64,000 bases of DNA from Basidiobolus meristosporus CBS 931.73 (taxonomy: Eukaryota > Fungi > Basidiobolomycota), in contig MCFE01000141.1 of assembly GCA_002104905.1 (NCBI GenBank), positions 92,973 through 156,972 of the forward strand, read 5' to 3'. The position numbers and the translations under genes were made by a program. The notes beneath the pieces were generated by a model. That model had not been told where the DNA came from, searched no databases, and saw only the letters and a list, made by a program, of their open reading frames with translations. This document shows positions 1-12,088 of this stretch, piece after piece (position 1 is the first letter of the stretch; each line of letters starts with the position of its first letter).

Positions 1-369
1 AATCAAGAGAGCTTGGTGCCACCTGCAAGCCCTGACTTTCCTTATTTATTGATGGCCAACCATCTGGGTATATTATGCCTAGAACATGCTCAGATTTCCT
101 ATATTTGGTGGGTGTTGTCAGCCCTCAGAATTACAACTATGGATATAATCATATTGCAGTTGTTAGGCAGATTTTTAGAAACCTGAAAGGAGCTGTTGAT
201 ATCTGCTTAAGGTACACCTATGAGGATTCCTATCAGGTTCTTTGGGACTCTCTGATGCTGATTGGTTACAAAGCTTAGAAGTCAAAAGATTCACCACAGG
301 TTACGCCTTTCTATACTGTAAAGGAGAATTTTTGTTTGAATCAGGAAAGCAGCCAACTGTAGCACTTTC
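1..369 (+). pseudogene. Degenerate Ty1/copia pol remnant (RT C-terminus to RNase H start), interrupted at 370 by an LTR of the same family
   Basis: Colinear with the open pol segment at ~7675-8050 (GVVS..HIAVV..IFR.LKG..DICLRYTY), with indels and stops. Confidence 0.85.
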
Positions 370-2443
370 TGTTGCAAAAATTTGTATTTCTACCTAAATA
401 TTCACCTAGCTTAGTCACTTAGATTGTCATCTTCAAATCCTAGAGAATACTGACCAAAATTCCTTGTCAGGATTTACTTGGAATATTTTCACCAAAATAC
501 CAGGTACCCAGAACATGAAAATTCTCAAAGTTGTCCAAACAGCCCCAAACTTTGCACACATGTTCTTGGGACCTTCCTTAGCCTATTCTACATGCTTATT
601 ATGCCAAGACGAGGTAAAAGTATAAATACTACTTTTACATTCAAAAAATCATTAAGTGAAAACCACATAATCTACTTGCCCTCCCAATCACATCCAATAT
701 CTCCAAGACTATTACAGAAGGTTAAGAGCCCCAAGCTGTCACTCTCTGCAATGTCTACTACTGCTATTACTGCAATTCCTCTCTCTGCTGAAAATTTGGA
801 TGGATCTAACTACCAAGTGTGGAACGTGAAGATGAAGATGCTGCTACAAGAAAGAGGCCTTTGGGATATTGTTATGGAAGAAGAATACCCTCCTAAAAGT
901 GTGGGAGAGGAAGCCTTAAAGTACCAGAAGAAAGAACAAAGTGCCTTTAACTGCATTTGCCTTAATGTCAAGGACAAATTGCTGATTCAATGCTCAAGAG
1001 CAAAAACAGCAAAGAATGCCTGGAAAGCATTAGAAGACACCTACCAGTCATGTTCAGCTGCCAAGAAAATGTATCAGAGACAAAAATTCTTTACTACAAA
1101 GATGCTGCCAGGAGAAGAAATGAAAAATCCAATTAACAGAATTACCCAGCTGGTAGATGAGATGGAATCTGTGGGCGTACCAACTATTGATGAGAATGTG
1201 AAAGCTATCATTGTGAATAGCCTGACAGACAAGTTTCAGGGCCTTGTATCAGCCCTAGAGTCCAGAACTGAAGATTTGACCTTAAATTATGTATATGAAA
1301 GGCTCCTGGATGAAGAATTAATAAAATCAAGTGCCATTAAGAAGTAAGAAGAAAATGCTCTAATAAGCAATGATAACCAACAAAGGAGGTACCCAAGACC
1401 CTACAAAGGTAACAGCAACCTGTTTTGCAACTACTGCAAAAGGAAAGGACACACATCAGACCACAGTCTCAAAAAGAAAGATAATCAGCAAAAGAAGTCT
1501 AAATATGAAAATGCTGCAACAACTGAAGATAGACTATTCATATCTGCACTAACTATGACCACAAACAAGGATTCTCAGATGTGGTATATTGACCCTGGAG
1601 CATCTCAATGCTTTCCACACCAAAAGGACTTTTTACCCAATATCAAGAAATTCCAATTAAGAAGGTTTTCATGGGTTACAATAGAACAGTTGATGCAGTG
1701 GGAGAAGGAACTATCCAAGTAAACATAAGAAGCAGAGAAGGAAGCCATACACCGACTTTTGAAGAAGTTCTATATGTACCAGAAATAGCCAAGAACCTAC
1801 TATCTGTAAGCAAGGCCACTGCAGAAGGACTCAGTTTCATCTTTGACAATTCTGGATGCAAGATCACTGATCAAAATGGTGCCCATATTGCTTTGGGTAT
1901 CAGAGATCAGAATCTATACAAGCTGACTTATATTCCATCATATTTGGAAGCCAATATAAGTAACTTAAATGAAGAAACACCAATGCTTTGGCACAGAATA
2001 TTTGGGCACATGAATTTTGATTATTTGTGCAAAATGATCAAAGATCAGCTAATTACTGGAGTAAAAATTGATCCCCCAGCCAATTTGGAGCACTGTGAAG
2101 CCTGCCTATATGGGAAATAAGCCAGACAATTGCTCAAGAGCTCTGGGTTAATCAAAACTAAGAAAAAATTAGATCTAATTCACTCAGATTTGTGTGGACC
2201 TATGCAAAATTTACCCTTAGGCAGGATGAAGTATTTGATCACTTTTATTGATGATTAAACAAGATACACATGGGTTTACTTCATGGAGAGAAATGAAGAA
2301 GCTCTGTCTTAGTTCAGGGAGTTTAAAGCTATGGTGGAGAGAGAAACTGGTGAAAAAATCAAGAAAATACGCTTTGACTATGGGGGAGAATATACCTCAA
2401 AACTCTTCATCCAATTCTGCAAAATCCATGGGATAAAGCAAGA

Positions 2444-2654
2444 AGACTTGTTCCATTGTGCCATTGATCATAGTGCCAGAATGTGCTGTATATTTTGTTA
2501 TTAATTTGATATTTTAGGGTCATATGCATGTCAATTTTGATCCCAAATAGGCACTGTATGGCACCATCTGGCACTCTGTGACATGATCAGGCACCATCTG
2601 GCATGCTATGGCACTATTGGGCCCTATGATCAGCTGGAATGATGGAACAAGTCC
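2444..2654. mobile_element. 211-bp MITE inserted in the integrase of element A
   Basis: Imperfect ~30-bp TIRs (agacttgttccattgtgccattgatcatag / ctatgatcagctggaatgatggaacaagtcc); 3-bp TSD AGA (2441-2443, 2655-2657); removing it restores gcaagagactact, as in element C. Confidence 0.8.
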
Positions 2655-3949
2655 AGAGACTACTGTTCCATATTCCCCACAGAAAAATGGAGTAGCAGAA
2701 TGTGCTAACAGATTAATAATTAGTACGGCAAGATCTATAATCCATGATCAAAAATTATCCTATAATTTTTGGGCGGAATCAGTTGCCACTGCTGTATACC
2801 TTAAAGATAGGAGTTATAACAGAATACCTTGTGATTCTACTCTATTTGAAGCATGGTATGGATACATACCAAGTGCAGAACATCTAAGAATATTTGGGTG
2901 TATAGCATATGCCAAAAACTGCCCAGAAATCAGTCAAAATTTAAGCCAAAAAGTGTAAAATGCATATTTTTGGGCTGGTGCAATGAGAGTAAAGCCTACA
3001 GACTCTACAATATCAAAGCAAAGAAGCTAATCAAGTCCAGGAATGTGTTGTTTAATGAAAATTCAAAATTTTCACAAAAAATGACATCAAATGATGACAA
3101 AAATTTGATCTCAGTTCCACCAAAAGTCAGGTTTGAATCAGAGCAAAACAATGAATATTTTTTCACTCCAGAGGACTCTACAATGGTGGTTTTGCCAGAA
3201 TTGGTGCCCAGGAATATCCCAGAAGTGATCATTCCAGTATCAAATGCCTGGAGATCCAATCAGACAAGAAATAGCCCAAATTACTATATCAATGAGGGTA
3301 AACTTAGCCTATGCCAATTGAGTCCATATCGATGAACCCCAGACTGTAAAAGAGGCCCCAAATAGCCCTCAGACAAGGTTTTGGAGATCTACAATGACTG
3401 AGGAATATCAGGCCCTGATGGAAAATCAAAAATGGGACTTAGTCAAATTACCAATCAATTGAAAATCAATTGGATGCAGATGGGTCTTCAAGACAAAATA
3501 CAAGGCTGAAGATACAATTGAAAGATACAAAGCAATACTTGTAGCCAAAGGATACTCTCAAAGAACAGGACTTGACTATACTGAGACATTTGCACTGGTG
3601 GCCAAGTTTAATCCCATCAGATCAATATTGGCTATTGCAGCTAAATACAAGTTTTTTATTCATCAAATGGATGTAAAAGTTGCTTTTTGAATGGAGAGCC
3701 TGATGAGGACCTGCATATGGACCAGCCTGATGGGTTTGTTGACCAAGATAACCCCCATTTGGTCTGCAAGCTTAAGAAGTCATTATATGGTCCCAAACAA
3801 TCACCAAGAGCCTGGAATTGCAGGATAGATTCTTATTTGGAATCTTTGAGTTTCAAACAGAGTAATGCTGACTATAGTATATACTATGAGCCAGATAGAG
3901 CAAATCCGGTTCTATTAGCCCTATATGTGGATGTTCTTACTATAGCCGC

Positions 3950-5019
3950 TGTAGTGGGGTGACAGTGACACCCACTGACAGATGTGCTCATTCCCTTATT
4001 TTCTACTCCCCATATCTCCACTACACTTATTTTAGTTTTATCCCATTTGTCTTACCCAATCAGTACTATCCCATAAGCCGGTTGACTATCACACCTGCTT
4101 AACTTATTGCATAAGTTACCCCTCACTTTATGTAAGATTACTAGCTATAAGTACTTCTATATTAGGCAAGTACCCGCGCCAGTACCCGTGACACATGATC
4201 AGCCCGTGTCACCATCCCTACCATTTCCATACCATATATGGTATCCCCATGTTACACAGGTTTCAGAATACTGATTCCTGATTGGTTGGATGTGCTGTGC
4301 CTCTTAGAACCTTCCGGCACCTACTTAGAACATTCTTAGGTCATTCTGATGTCATTAAGATTTCTATTGATCTCTGGAACCTTCTGGAGCACCATGATTA
4401 GTAATCACTTAGCCAGTGAGAAAAGTATATAAAGGAGGCTATCCCTCAACAATAAATCATCATCCCTTTTATCAATATACCAACTTGTTGATTAGTGTGA
4501 TCACTGCTACCTGCTGCTACCTGAACTTCCAACCCTAGACCACAGGACACTCCCAGGAGACCACGCTGACAGCCAACTGACCTTGGAGGCACTACTTGTG
4601 AGGAATACTCAGAGTAGGTATCTTTTATTATATTTGATTCTTTCCCAAGTTTGTTCTTGTACAGGCAAAGATACTTTTCTGTCTTTGTAACTATTGACCA
4701 CAGCTGCATTCTTATCAAGTCCCTGCTGGTGGAGTTTACAGTTGTTTTGACTTTGGAAGCTTTAGTACATTGTCATCTCAAAGGACGCTGAACCCAGCAC
4801 ATACTTTTGTTAAGACACCAACTAAGTTGGGGATTGTAGCTCAATAGTTTTCCCTTGACAAGCTTGTGGCTTTATTCCCCTTTACATTAGATTAGAAACA
4901 GAACCCAAGTATTCCTAGCAAGCGTTTGCCAGAGGTTATCGCACCCAGTGAACACCCCACACACAAAACACTTGAAAAGTGTTGGACCTATCTCTCCCTT
5001 GGACCTATACACCACCACA
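3950..5019 (+). mobile_element. 1070-bp solo LTR of an unrelated retroelement family inserted into the RT of element A
   Basis: TGTAGTGG...CCACCACA termini; perfect 4-bp TSD CCGC (3946-3949, 5020-5023); internal TATATAAA near 4426 followed by AATAAA near 4451; no long ORF. Confidence 0.8.
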
Positions 5020-5413
5020 CCGCCAATACTCTAGAAACAGTATGAACATTTTGCTGAGTGGGAGTGTTGTAAAAGCTTGTAATTCCACCTAAATATGCAC
5101 CTTACTTAATCACTTGGGTCATTATCTTCAAATCCAAGAGAATACAGACCAAATTCCTTGTTGGGATTTACTTAGTACATTTTCACCAAAATACCAGGTA
5201 CCCAGAACATGAAAAGGCTTAAAGTTGTCCAAAGAGCCCCAAACTTTGCACATATGTTCTTGGGACCTTCCTCAGCTTATTCCTTGTGTTTGTAATGCCA
5301 AGACTATGTAAGAGTATAAATACTACTTTTACATTCAATAAATCATTAAGTGAAAACCACATAATCTACTTTTCCTCTCAATCACTTCCAATATCTCCAA
5401 GACTCTTACAACA

Positions 5414-5860
5414 CTTAGATTATTGCCTCTCAATCTTGTAGAATACCCACCAAATTCCTTGTTTAGATTAACTTTGAATATTTTCACCAAAACATTGGCT
5501 ACCCAGAACATGAAAATTCTAAAAGCTATCCAAACAGCCTCAAGCTTTGCACACATCCTCTTGGGACCTTGCTGAGCCTATTCTGCATGCTTGTTATGCC
5601 AAGATTATGTAAAAGTATAAATACTACTTCTGCATTCAATTAATCATTCAATGAAAACCACATAATCTACTTTTTCTTCAAATTTACTTCCAGTATCTGC
5701 AAGACTCTTACAGCACTTGGGACCTTCCAGAACACAATATATGTATTTGTAATGCCAAGATCATGTAAAAGTATAAATACTCCTTTTACACTCAATGAAT
5801 GTTGAAGTGAAAGCCACATAATCTAATTATTTTTGCAATCACTTCCAATACCTCCAAGAC
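5414..5860 (+). repeat. Two stacked partial, older copies of the copia LTR
   Basis: Degenerate matches to LTR internal and 3' motifs (caaattccttg, gggacctt, atgccaaga, gtataaatact, ccacataatcta, ctccaagact). Confidence 0.75.
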
Positions 5861-5963
5861 TTGAGCAGGAACAAAAAACTCTTGAAAAGAAAGCTAGGTA
5901 ATAGATATTCTAAATATCTTTCCAATCAATGCAGGTTCCTTTGGCATCTTACAATGTAAATGT

Positions 5964-8718
5964 TGTTGTAAAGATTTGTGATTCCACCTAAATATTCACC
6001 TAACTTAGTCACTTAGATCATCACCTTCAAATCCTAGAGAATACTGACCAAATTCCTTGTTGGGATTTACTTGGAATATTTTCACCAAAATACCAGGTAC
6101 CCAGAACATGAAAATTCTCAAAGTTGTCCAAACAGCCCCAAACTTTGCACACATGTTCTTGGGACCTTCTTATACCTATTATACGTGATTGCTATGGCAA
6201 GACCAGTAAAAGTATAAATACTACTTTTACTTTCAATTAATCATTAAGTGAAAACCACATAATCTACTTGTTCTCCCAATCACTTCCAATATCTCCAAGA
6301 CTCTTACAACAGGTTATGAGCCCCAAGCTGTCACTCTCTGCAATGTCTACTACTGCTATTACTGAAATTTTTCCTCTACTGAAAAGTTGGATGGCTCTAA
6401 CTACCAAGTGTGGAAGGTGAAGATGAAGATGCTGCTACAAGAAAGAGGCCTTTGGGATATTGTCATGGGAGAAGAATGCCCTCCTAAAAACGTGGGAGAG
6501 GAAGCCTTAAAGTACCAGAAGAAAGAACAAAGTGCCTTTAACTGCATTTGCCTTAATGTCAATGACAAATTGCTGATTCAATGCTCAAGAGCAAGAACGG
6601 CAAAGAATGCCTGGAAGGCATTAGAAGACACCTACCAGTCATGTTCAGCTGCCAAGAAAATGTATCTGAGAAGAAAATTCTTTACTACAAAGATGCTGCC
6701 AGGAGAAGAAATGAAAAATCTAATTAACAGAATTACCCTGCTGGTAGATGAGATGGAATCTGTGGGCGTACCAACTACTGATGAGGATATGATAGTTACC
6801 ATCCTGAATAGCCTGACAGACAAGTTTCAGGGCCTTGTGTCAGCCTTAGAGTCCAGAACTGAAGATTTGACCTTAAATTACGTATATGGAAGGCTCCTGG
6901 ATGACGAATTAAGAAAATCAAGCGCCAATAAGAAGGAAGAAGAAAATGCTCTAATAAGCAATGATAACCAACAAAGGAGGTACCCAAGACCCTACAAAGG
7001 CAACAGCAACCTATTTTGCAACTACTGCAAAAGGAAAGGACACACATCAGACCGGTGTCTCAAAAAGAGAGATTATCAGCAAAAGAAGCCTGAATATGGA
7101 AATGCTGCAACAACTGAAGATAGACTATTCATATCTGCACTAAATATGACCACAAACAAGGACTCTGAGATGTGGTATATTGACTCTGGAGCATCTCAAC
7201 ACTTTACACACCAAAAAGAACTTTTTACCAAATACCAAGAAATTCCAATTGAAAAGCTTAAAAAGTCACTATATGGTCTCAAACAATCACCAAGAGCCTG
7301 GAATTGCAAGATAGACTCTTATTTGGAATCTTTGAGTTTCAAAAGGAGTAATGCTGACTATAGTATATACTATAAGCCAGATAGAGCAATCCAGTTCTAT
7401 TAGCTCTATATGTGGATGATCTTATTATAGCCACCAATAACCTAGAAACATTGGAAGAGACTAAATCCAGCCTATCTAAGGAGTTCAAGATGTCTGATCT
7501 AGGAGAACTTAGTTACTACTTAGGGATTAAGTTCTCCATAGACAGAAGTACCCAGACTATTACCCTAAGCCAATCCAAGTATATTCAAGATATACTAAAG
7601 AAGTACAAAATGGAAGACTGTAAACCGGCAGCTACCCCAATGGAGACAAACCTTAACTTGGTCAAAACTCAACCAAATCAAGAGAGCTTGGTGCCATCTG
7701 AAATCCCTGACTTTCCTTATCAATCTATGGTTGGCAGTCTGATGTATATCATGCTTGGAACACGTCCAGATATCTCATATTCAGTGGGAGTTGTCAGCCA
7801 ACATAATCAGAACTATGGATCTGATCATATTGCAGCAGTTAAGCAAATTTTTAGATACCTAAAAGGAACTGCTGATATCTGCTTAAGATACACATATAAG
7901 GACTCAGAACAGGACCTTGTGGGATACTCTGATGCTGATTGGGGACAAAATTTGGAAGACAGAAGATCCACCACAGGATATACCTTTCTTCACTGTAAAG
8001 GAGCAATTTCATGGAATTCAAGAAAGCAACCAACCGTAGCACTTACTACTACAGAGGCAGAGTATATGGCAGCCTGTGAAGCTACAAAAGAAGCAATGTG
8101 GTTAAGAAAACTCTTTACAGATTTAGGCCTATGTCAAAAAACGCCTATTACTTTATTTCAAGATAATCAAGGATGTATACAATTAGGTAGAAATCCAACT
8201 TTTCATGCTAGAACCAAGCACATAGATATTAGACATCATTTCATACGTGAAGCTATAGAGAATGACTTAGTTAGCTTAGTTTACTGTCCTACAGATGAAG
8301 TGATTGCAGACATATTTACCAAACCATTAGCTAGAGACAAGATTGAATATCTTAGGTCAAAATTAGGACTAGTCAGTGTGAACATTCAGCTGAGTGGGAG
8401 TGTTGTAAAAATTTGTAACTCCACCTAAATATTCACCTAACTTAGTCACTTAGATCATCACTTTCAAATCCTAGAGAATACTGACCAAATTCCTTGTCGG
8501 GATCTACTTGGAATATTTTCACCAAAATACCAAGAACCCAGAACATGAAAATTCTCAAAGTTGTCCAAACAGCCCCAAACTTTGCACACATGTTCTTGGG
8601 ACCTTCCTTAACCTATTTTACGTGTTTGTAATGCCAAGACCAGGTAGAAGTATAAATACTACTTTTACATTCAATAAATCATTAAGTGAAAACCACATAA
8701 TCTACTTGTTCTCCCAAT
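5964..8718 (+). mobile_element. Ty1/copia element B, internally deleted non-autonomous copy: LTR 5964-6311, PBS 6312-6323, gag-CCHC-partial protease fused to RT C-terminus/RNase H, PPT, 3' LTR 8401-8718 (truncated)
   Basis: PBS GGTTATGAGCCC; ORFs 6387-7403 and 7412-8428; integrase and N-terminal RT absent relative to element C; RNase H motifs GYSDADW, EAEYMA, QDNQG, KHIDIRHHFIRE, ADIFTK. Confidence 0.92.
6343..8428 (+). pseudogene. Gag-delta-pol reading frame of element B, broken only by two single-base deletions (~6375 and ~7390)
   Basis: ATG at 6343, with an in-frame ATG also inside the PBS at 6316; no premature stops otherwise; the frame runs through the PPT and stops inside the 3' LTR at 8428. 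Confidence 0.8.
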
Positions 8719-8814
8719 AAGGAATTTGATTGCAATTCTCCAAGATCTGTAGGTAACAAGTGAAGTGCTTAAGTTATATGAGTATTTAGGTGTGATTGCT
8801 AAATTTGCAATACA
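8719..8814 (-). repeat. Degenerate inverted fragment of the copia LTR 5' part
   Basis: aaggaatttg...agtatttaggtg...caataca matches the reverse complement of the LTR start. Confidence 0.65.
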
Positions 8815-8974
8815 AAAGTGGCACTGAAGACCCTGTAATGAGCAAACCAAACTTTCTTGTTGCTACTGCCAAAGTATTGGACACTCTTCACCCTGGTGCT
8901 TCAGAAAGAGCAATAGCAAGCAAAAAAGGCAAGGGCTTAAAATGCCCAATCATTGAAGATGTATCACTCATATC

Positions 8975-9322
8975 TGTTGTAAGAGTCTTGGAGATTTTGG
9001 AAGTGATTTGGAGAACAAGTAGATTATGTGGTCTTCACTTAATGATTAATTGAAAGTAAAAGTAGTATTTATACTTTTACTGGTCTTGCCATAGCAATCA
9101 CGTATAATAGGTATAAGAAGGTCCCAAGAACATGTGTGCAAAGTTTGGGGCTGTTTGGACAGCTTTGAGAATTTTCATGTTTTGGGTACATGATATTTTG
9201 GTGAGAATATTCTAAGTAAATCCCGACAAGGAATTTGGTCAGTATTCTCTAAGATTTGTAGGTAATGATCTAAGTGACTAAGCTAGGTGAATATTTAGGT
9301 GGAATTCCGAATTTATACAACA
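8975..9322 (-). mobile_element. Inverted solo copia LTR inserted into an older copia gag-protease fragment (~8830-9400)
   Basis: Full reverse-complement LTR; TSD atatc/acatc (one mismatch); left flank encodes a CxxCxxxGHxxxxC knuckle and the right flank continues the linker (aatatgaccacaagcaaggattc). Confidence 0.88.
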
Positions 9323-11295
9323 ACATCTACAATCAATATGACCACAAGCAAGGATTCTCAGACATAGTATCACCACACAATAGGCATGTCCTTTGGACAA
9401 CTTTGATATACTTTCATGTTCTGAGTACCAGATACTTTAGTAAAGTATTCACTGTGCATACTAACAAAGAATGAGGTCCCAGTATTTTATGGTTTAAAAG
9501 CTATGACCTAAGTGACAACAATAATGAAGCATCTACATGTAGTGACAACAGCTAGGAATAGTTTATATTAGTACCAGGAAGTAGTGAACGAAGATTGAGT
9601 TTTTGAACTGGTGGCTCCAGTATTACGAACTAAATCTCAGGTTAATATTCTATAAACCAGCCAGAAGCTTATAGAACCCCAAGATATACGGATAATTTCG
9701 GTGTAAACTAAATAGTTACTGCCGACTCTGGTGTCCGAACCTGACTATTTTCGGATCAAGTTCACTGCTGGGATTCACTTGAATTATTCTTGCTCCGAGA
9801 GAGTTCGAAATATCACAACTCTTCGCCATTTAGATCAAGGGTCCAAGTGGTTTATGATCGATAAGTCTATACCACTCTTCCTTCCAAAAATCCCAAATAG
9901 TTCCATGTTGGGGGAAGTTTGAAGATGGGCATGATATGCACCTGCCGATTTCCAACACCTCTAGAAGAGCTTCAAGCTGACGCCACATATCTTTCAAGAA
10001 TGGGCCTAGGATAGGGATGGCTTGGCGACCACCAAGTCTTGGCCAATTCTTTCAATTAGCCAATATTCTAGGAACCAAGTCTTCTATCGACAATCCACAA
10101 TCTAGCAATCAGTCGAGCGGAAACTTCGAGCATACGAATAGCGCAAACTGAATAATCTCAACCATTTCAATCCATAGCTTCCTTGGGGGGGGGGTCCGTA
10201 TACTCTGCCTCAGTTATGGAAGGTGACACAACATAGGTTGATTCATTGATTGTCAGGAAATCGTCGCACCATAATAAAGGATGACCATCCAGCTCTTGAG
10301 CCAATTGGTGGTTACCCAGAACACTCCACCCACCGCCACCACTAGTCCCAAGTCTGTTCTCTGGCTGGGGCCCAAATCCGCAGGAATAGGGATAAGAAAC
10401 CTGGCTGGCTTGGGATCGAAACGGATGGCGCCATCGTCACTGCTACAAGCACAATAGCCAGGTGGGATTTTTGGCCAGCCACTGGAACGGTTCAAATTCA
10501 GGCTCAGGCTCAGGCTCAGACTCGGCAGGGGGCACAGCCGCAGCACTGGGTGTTAGGATCGAGATCAGGATCCGGGATATCATGAGAGGGATATACTCCG
10601 AAGGGATCCATCAACCCCAACTTACTACAGTCAAATGGGCTCGAACCGGATAGGACTCAATCAAGCACCCACCTCCTTCGAAGGGCCAGCTAGGTGGACC
10701 AGATGGGAACCATACGAAACCGATGGTGTGGGTCACCTGGTGGCAACCCCACCACCCACACCAATCGACATCTGCAGAGTGAGCTTGGCGCATTTGCCCA
10801 AGCATCCTACCCGATCCCAATGATATCATGTCCAAGGACACCAAGTGTGGTCACAAGCCAACATGGATATGGGTTTGCTCGACCTAGTCCGCTGGCCAAG
10901 CTAGCCAAATGGCGAATTTCTCGACGAACCGATGGATCCGTCCAAATCGTGACTACGGGGTGTTTCGAATCCCCAGGTGAGCTCCGGGAAGCTCCGTCTT
11001 CGCCATCCCAGCGAACCCACCTCACGGTGTGCCGGTGCGAAGGATTCGGATTAGTCAGCAGTGGATGGTGTGAGGAATCGGATTGGTGGGGTCAACCACG
11101 GGATTTTATTAGGTTCTTTGGACATCTCCACTGAGAAATTTTATGCAAAGTAGTGGCAGAACGAATAGAAAAAAATATACAAAAGAAACAGGCCCCTCGC
11201 GGACGAAGCGGACTGATTACTGATATGAGCCGGGGATTTTGGTGGGCGTGGGGTGCTACGGGCATCCCCAGTTGATAAAAAAGCGATCGCCAGGA

Positions 11296-12088
11296 TTATT
11301 CGGATTTCGTTTGCGTGGAGTCGGCATCTTTCTGGGTGAAGTTAGGAAGATGCTCGCCTTTCGACAGGAACAGGCTTCTTAACCAAACGATCTTAAGTAG
11401 GGGAAGGAAGGATCGGATGAGTACGCTGTGATAGGTGTAGATAGGCAGACGCCATCGGGTTAGTACTTACTTCATTCTCCAGCATTTTCACCTTATCCAG
11501 GGAGTTCTGCTTTTCCAGACGCACCTGATGGAGCTCGTTTTGAAGGGCGGACATTTGTTGTGCGAATGGGTTCTCCTGCTCCAACTCCTTAACCCTCTGC
11601 TCCAACAACTGGCACTTCTCCAACGCCTCCTTCTCCCGCTGCTTTCTACGGTCGCGGAATCTGGCCGAAGCTGTAGCGTTTCTACGTCTCTTCTCGTCCA
11701 GGATTTTCCCAGCATGTTCCTCGTACGACGAAAGCCCGCTGGAGGCAGGATATGGCTGATACCGTGTGGTGGTGGTTGTGGGAGGAGTGGTGCTTTCGGG
11801 GGAGTATGGGTGTACACCTCTTGACGGGACGACGGCGGTGGAAACCACAGGGGCGGGAATGGCTTTTGGCAGTATCGAGACGTGCTTTCCATTGATCTCG
11901 GGGGAGTTTTTGGTGAATGGGTGGGGAATGGAAGCAGTGGTGACCAGTGGGTTGGTGGTTTCCGGTATGGTGGAGTATGTCACAGGCACATGAGGGTTGC
12001 TGGTGTATGTGTAGGCGGGAGTGGGCTCCTCGGGGGAGCCAGAGATAAGCGAAGTAAGCGGAGGGAGTTTGAGGTGAGTCGAGTACAT
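11296..12088 (-). CDS. bZIP transcription factor, Zip1/CYS-3/MetR-like; exons 12088-11471 and 11391-11296
   Basis: Basic region EKRRRNATASARFRDRRKQRE followed by a leucine zipper; the GTAAGT..TAAG 79-nt intron gives the heptad-continuing tail ENEIVWLRSL..; an alternative acceptor at 11426 is possible. Confidence 0.88.

Larger units (their letters stand above)
370..5413 (+). mobile_element. Ty1/copia element A, degenerate: LTR 370-719, PBS 720-731, gag (ATG 751, premature stop 1347), CCHC, protease, integrase, partial RT, PPT, LTR 5065-5413
   Basis: TGTTG-start LTRs; PBS ggttaagagccc; UBN2-type gag; WYIDPGASQ protease; WHR.FGH GAG-pre-integrase; PYSPQKNGVAE integrase; LYGPKQSPRAWN RT; PPT gagtgggag at 5056-5064. 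About 930 bp of RT/RNase H deleted near 5039. No TSD (ctttc vs cttag) and LTRs visibly divergent, so it may be chimeric. Confidence 0.9.

Noticed and set aside
10950-10980. T-loop-like ggggtgtttcgaatcccc suggesting a tRNA
   Set aside because: No acceptor, D or anticodon arms could be folded around it.
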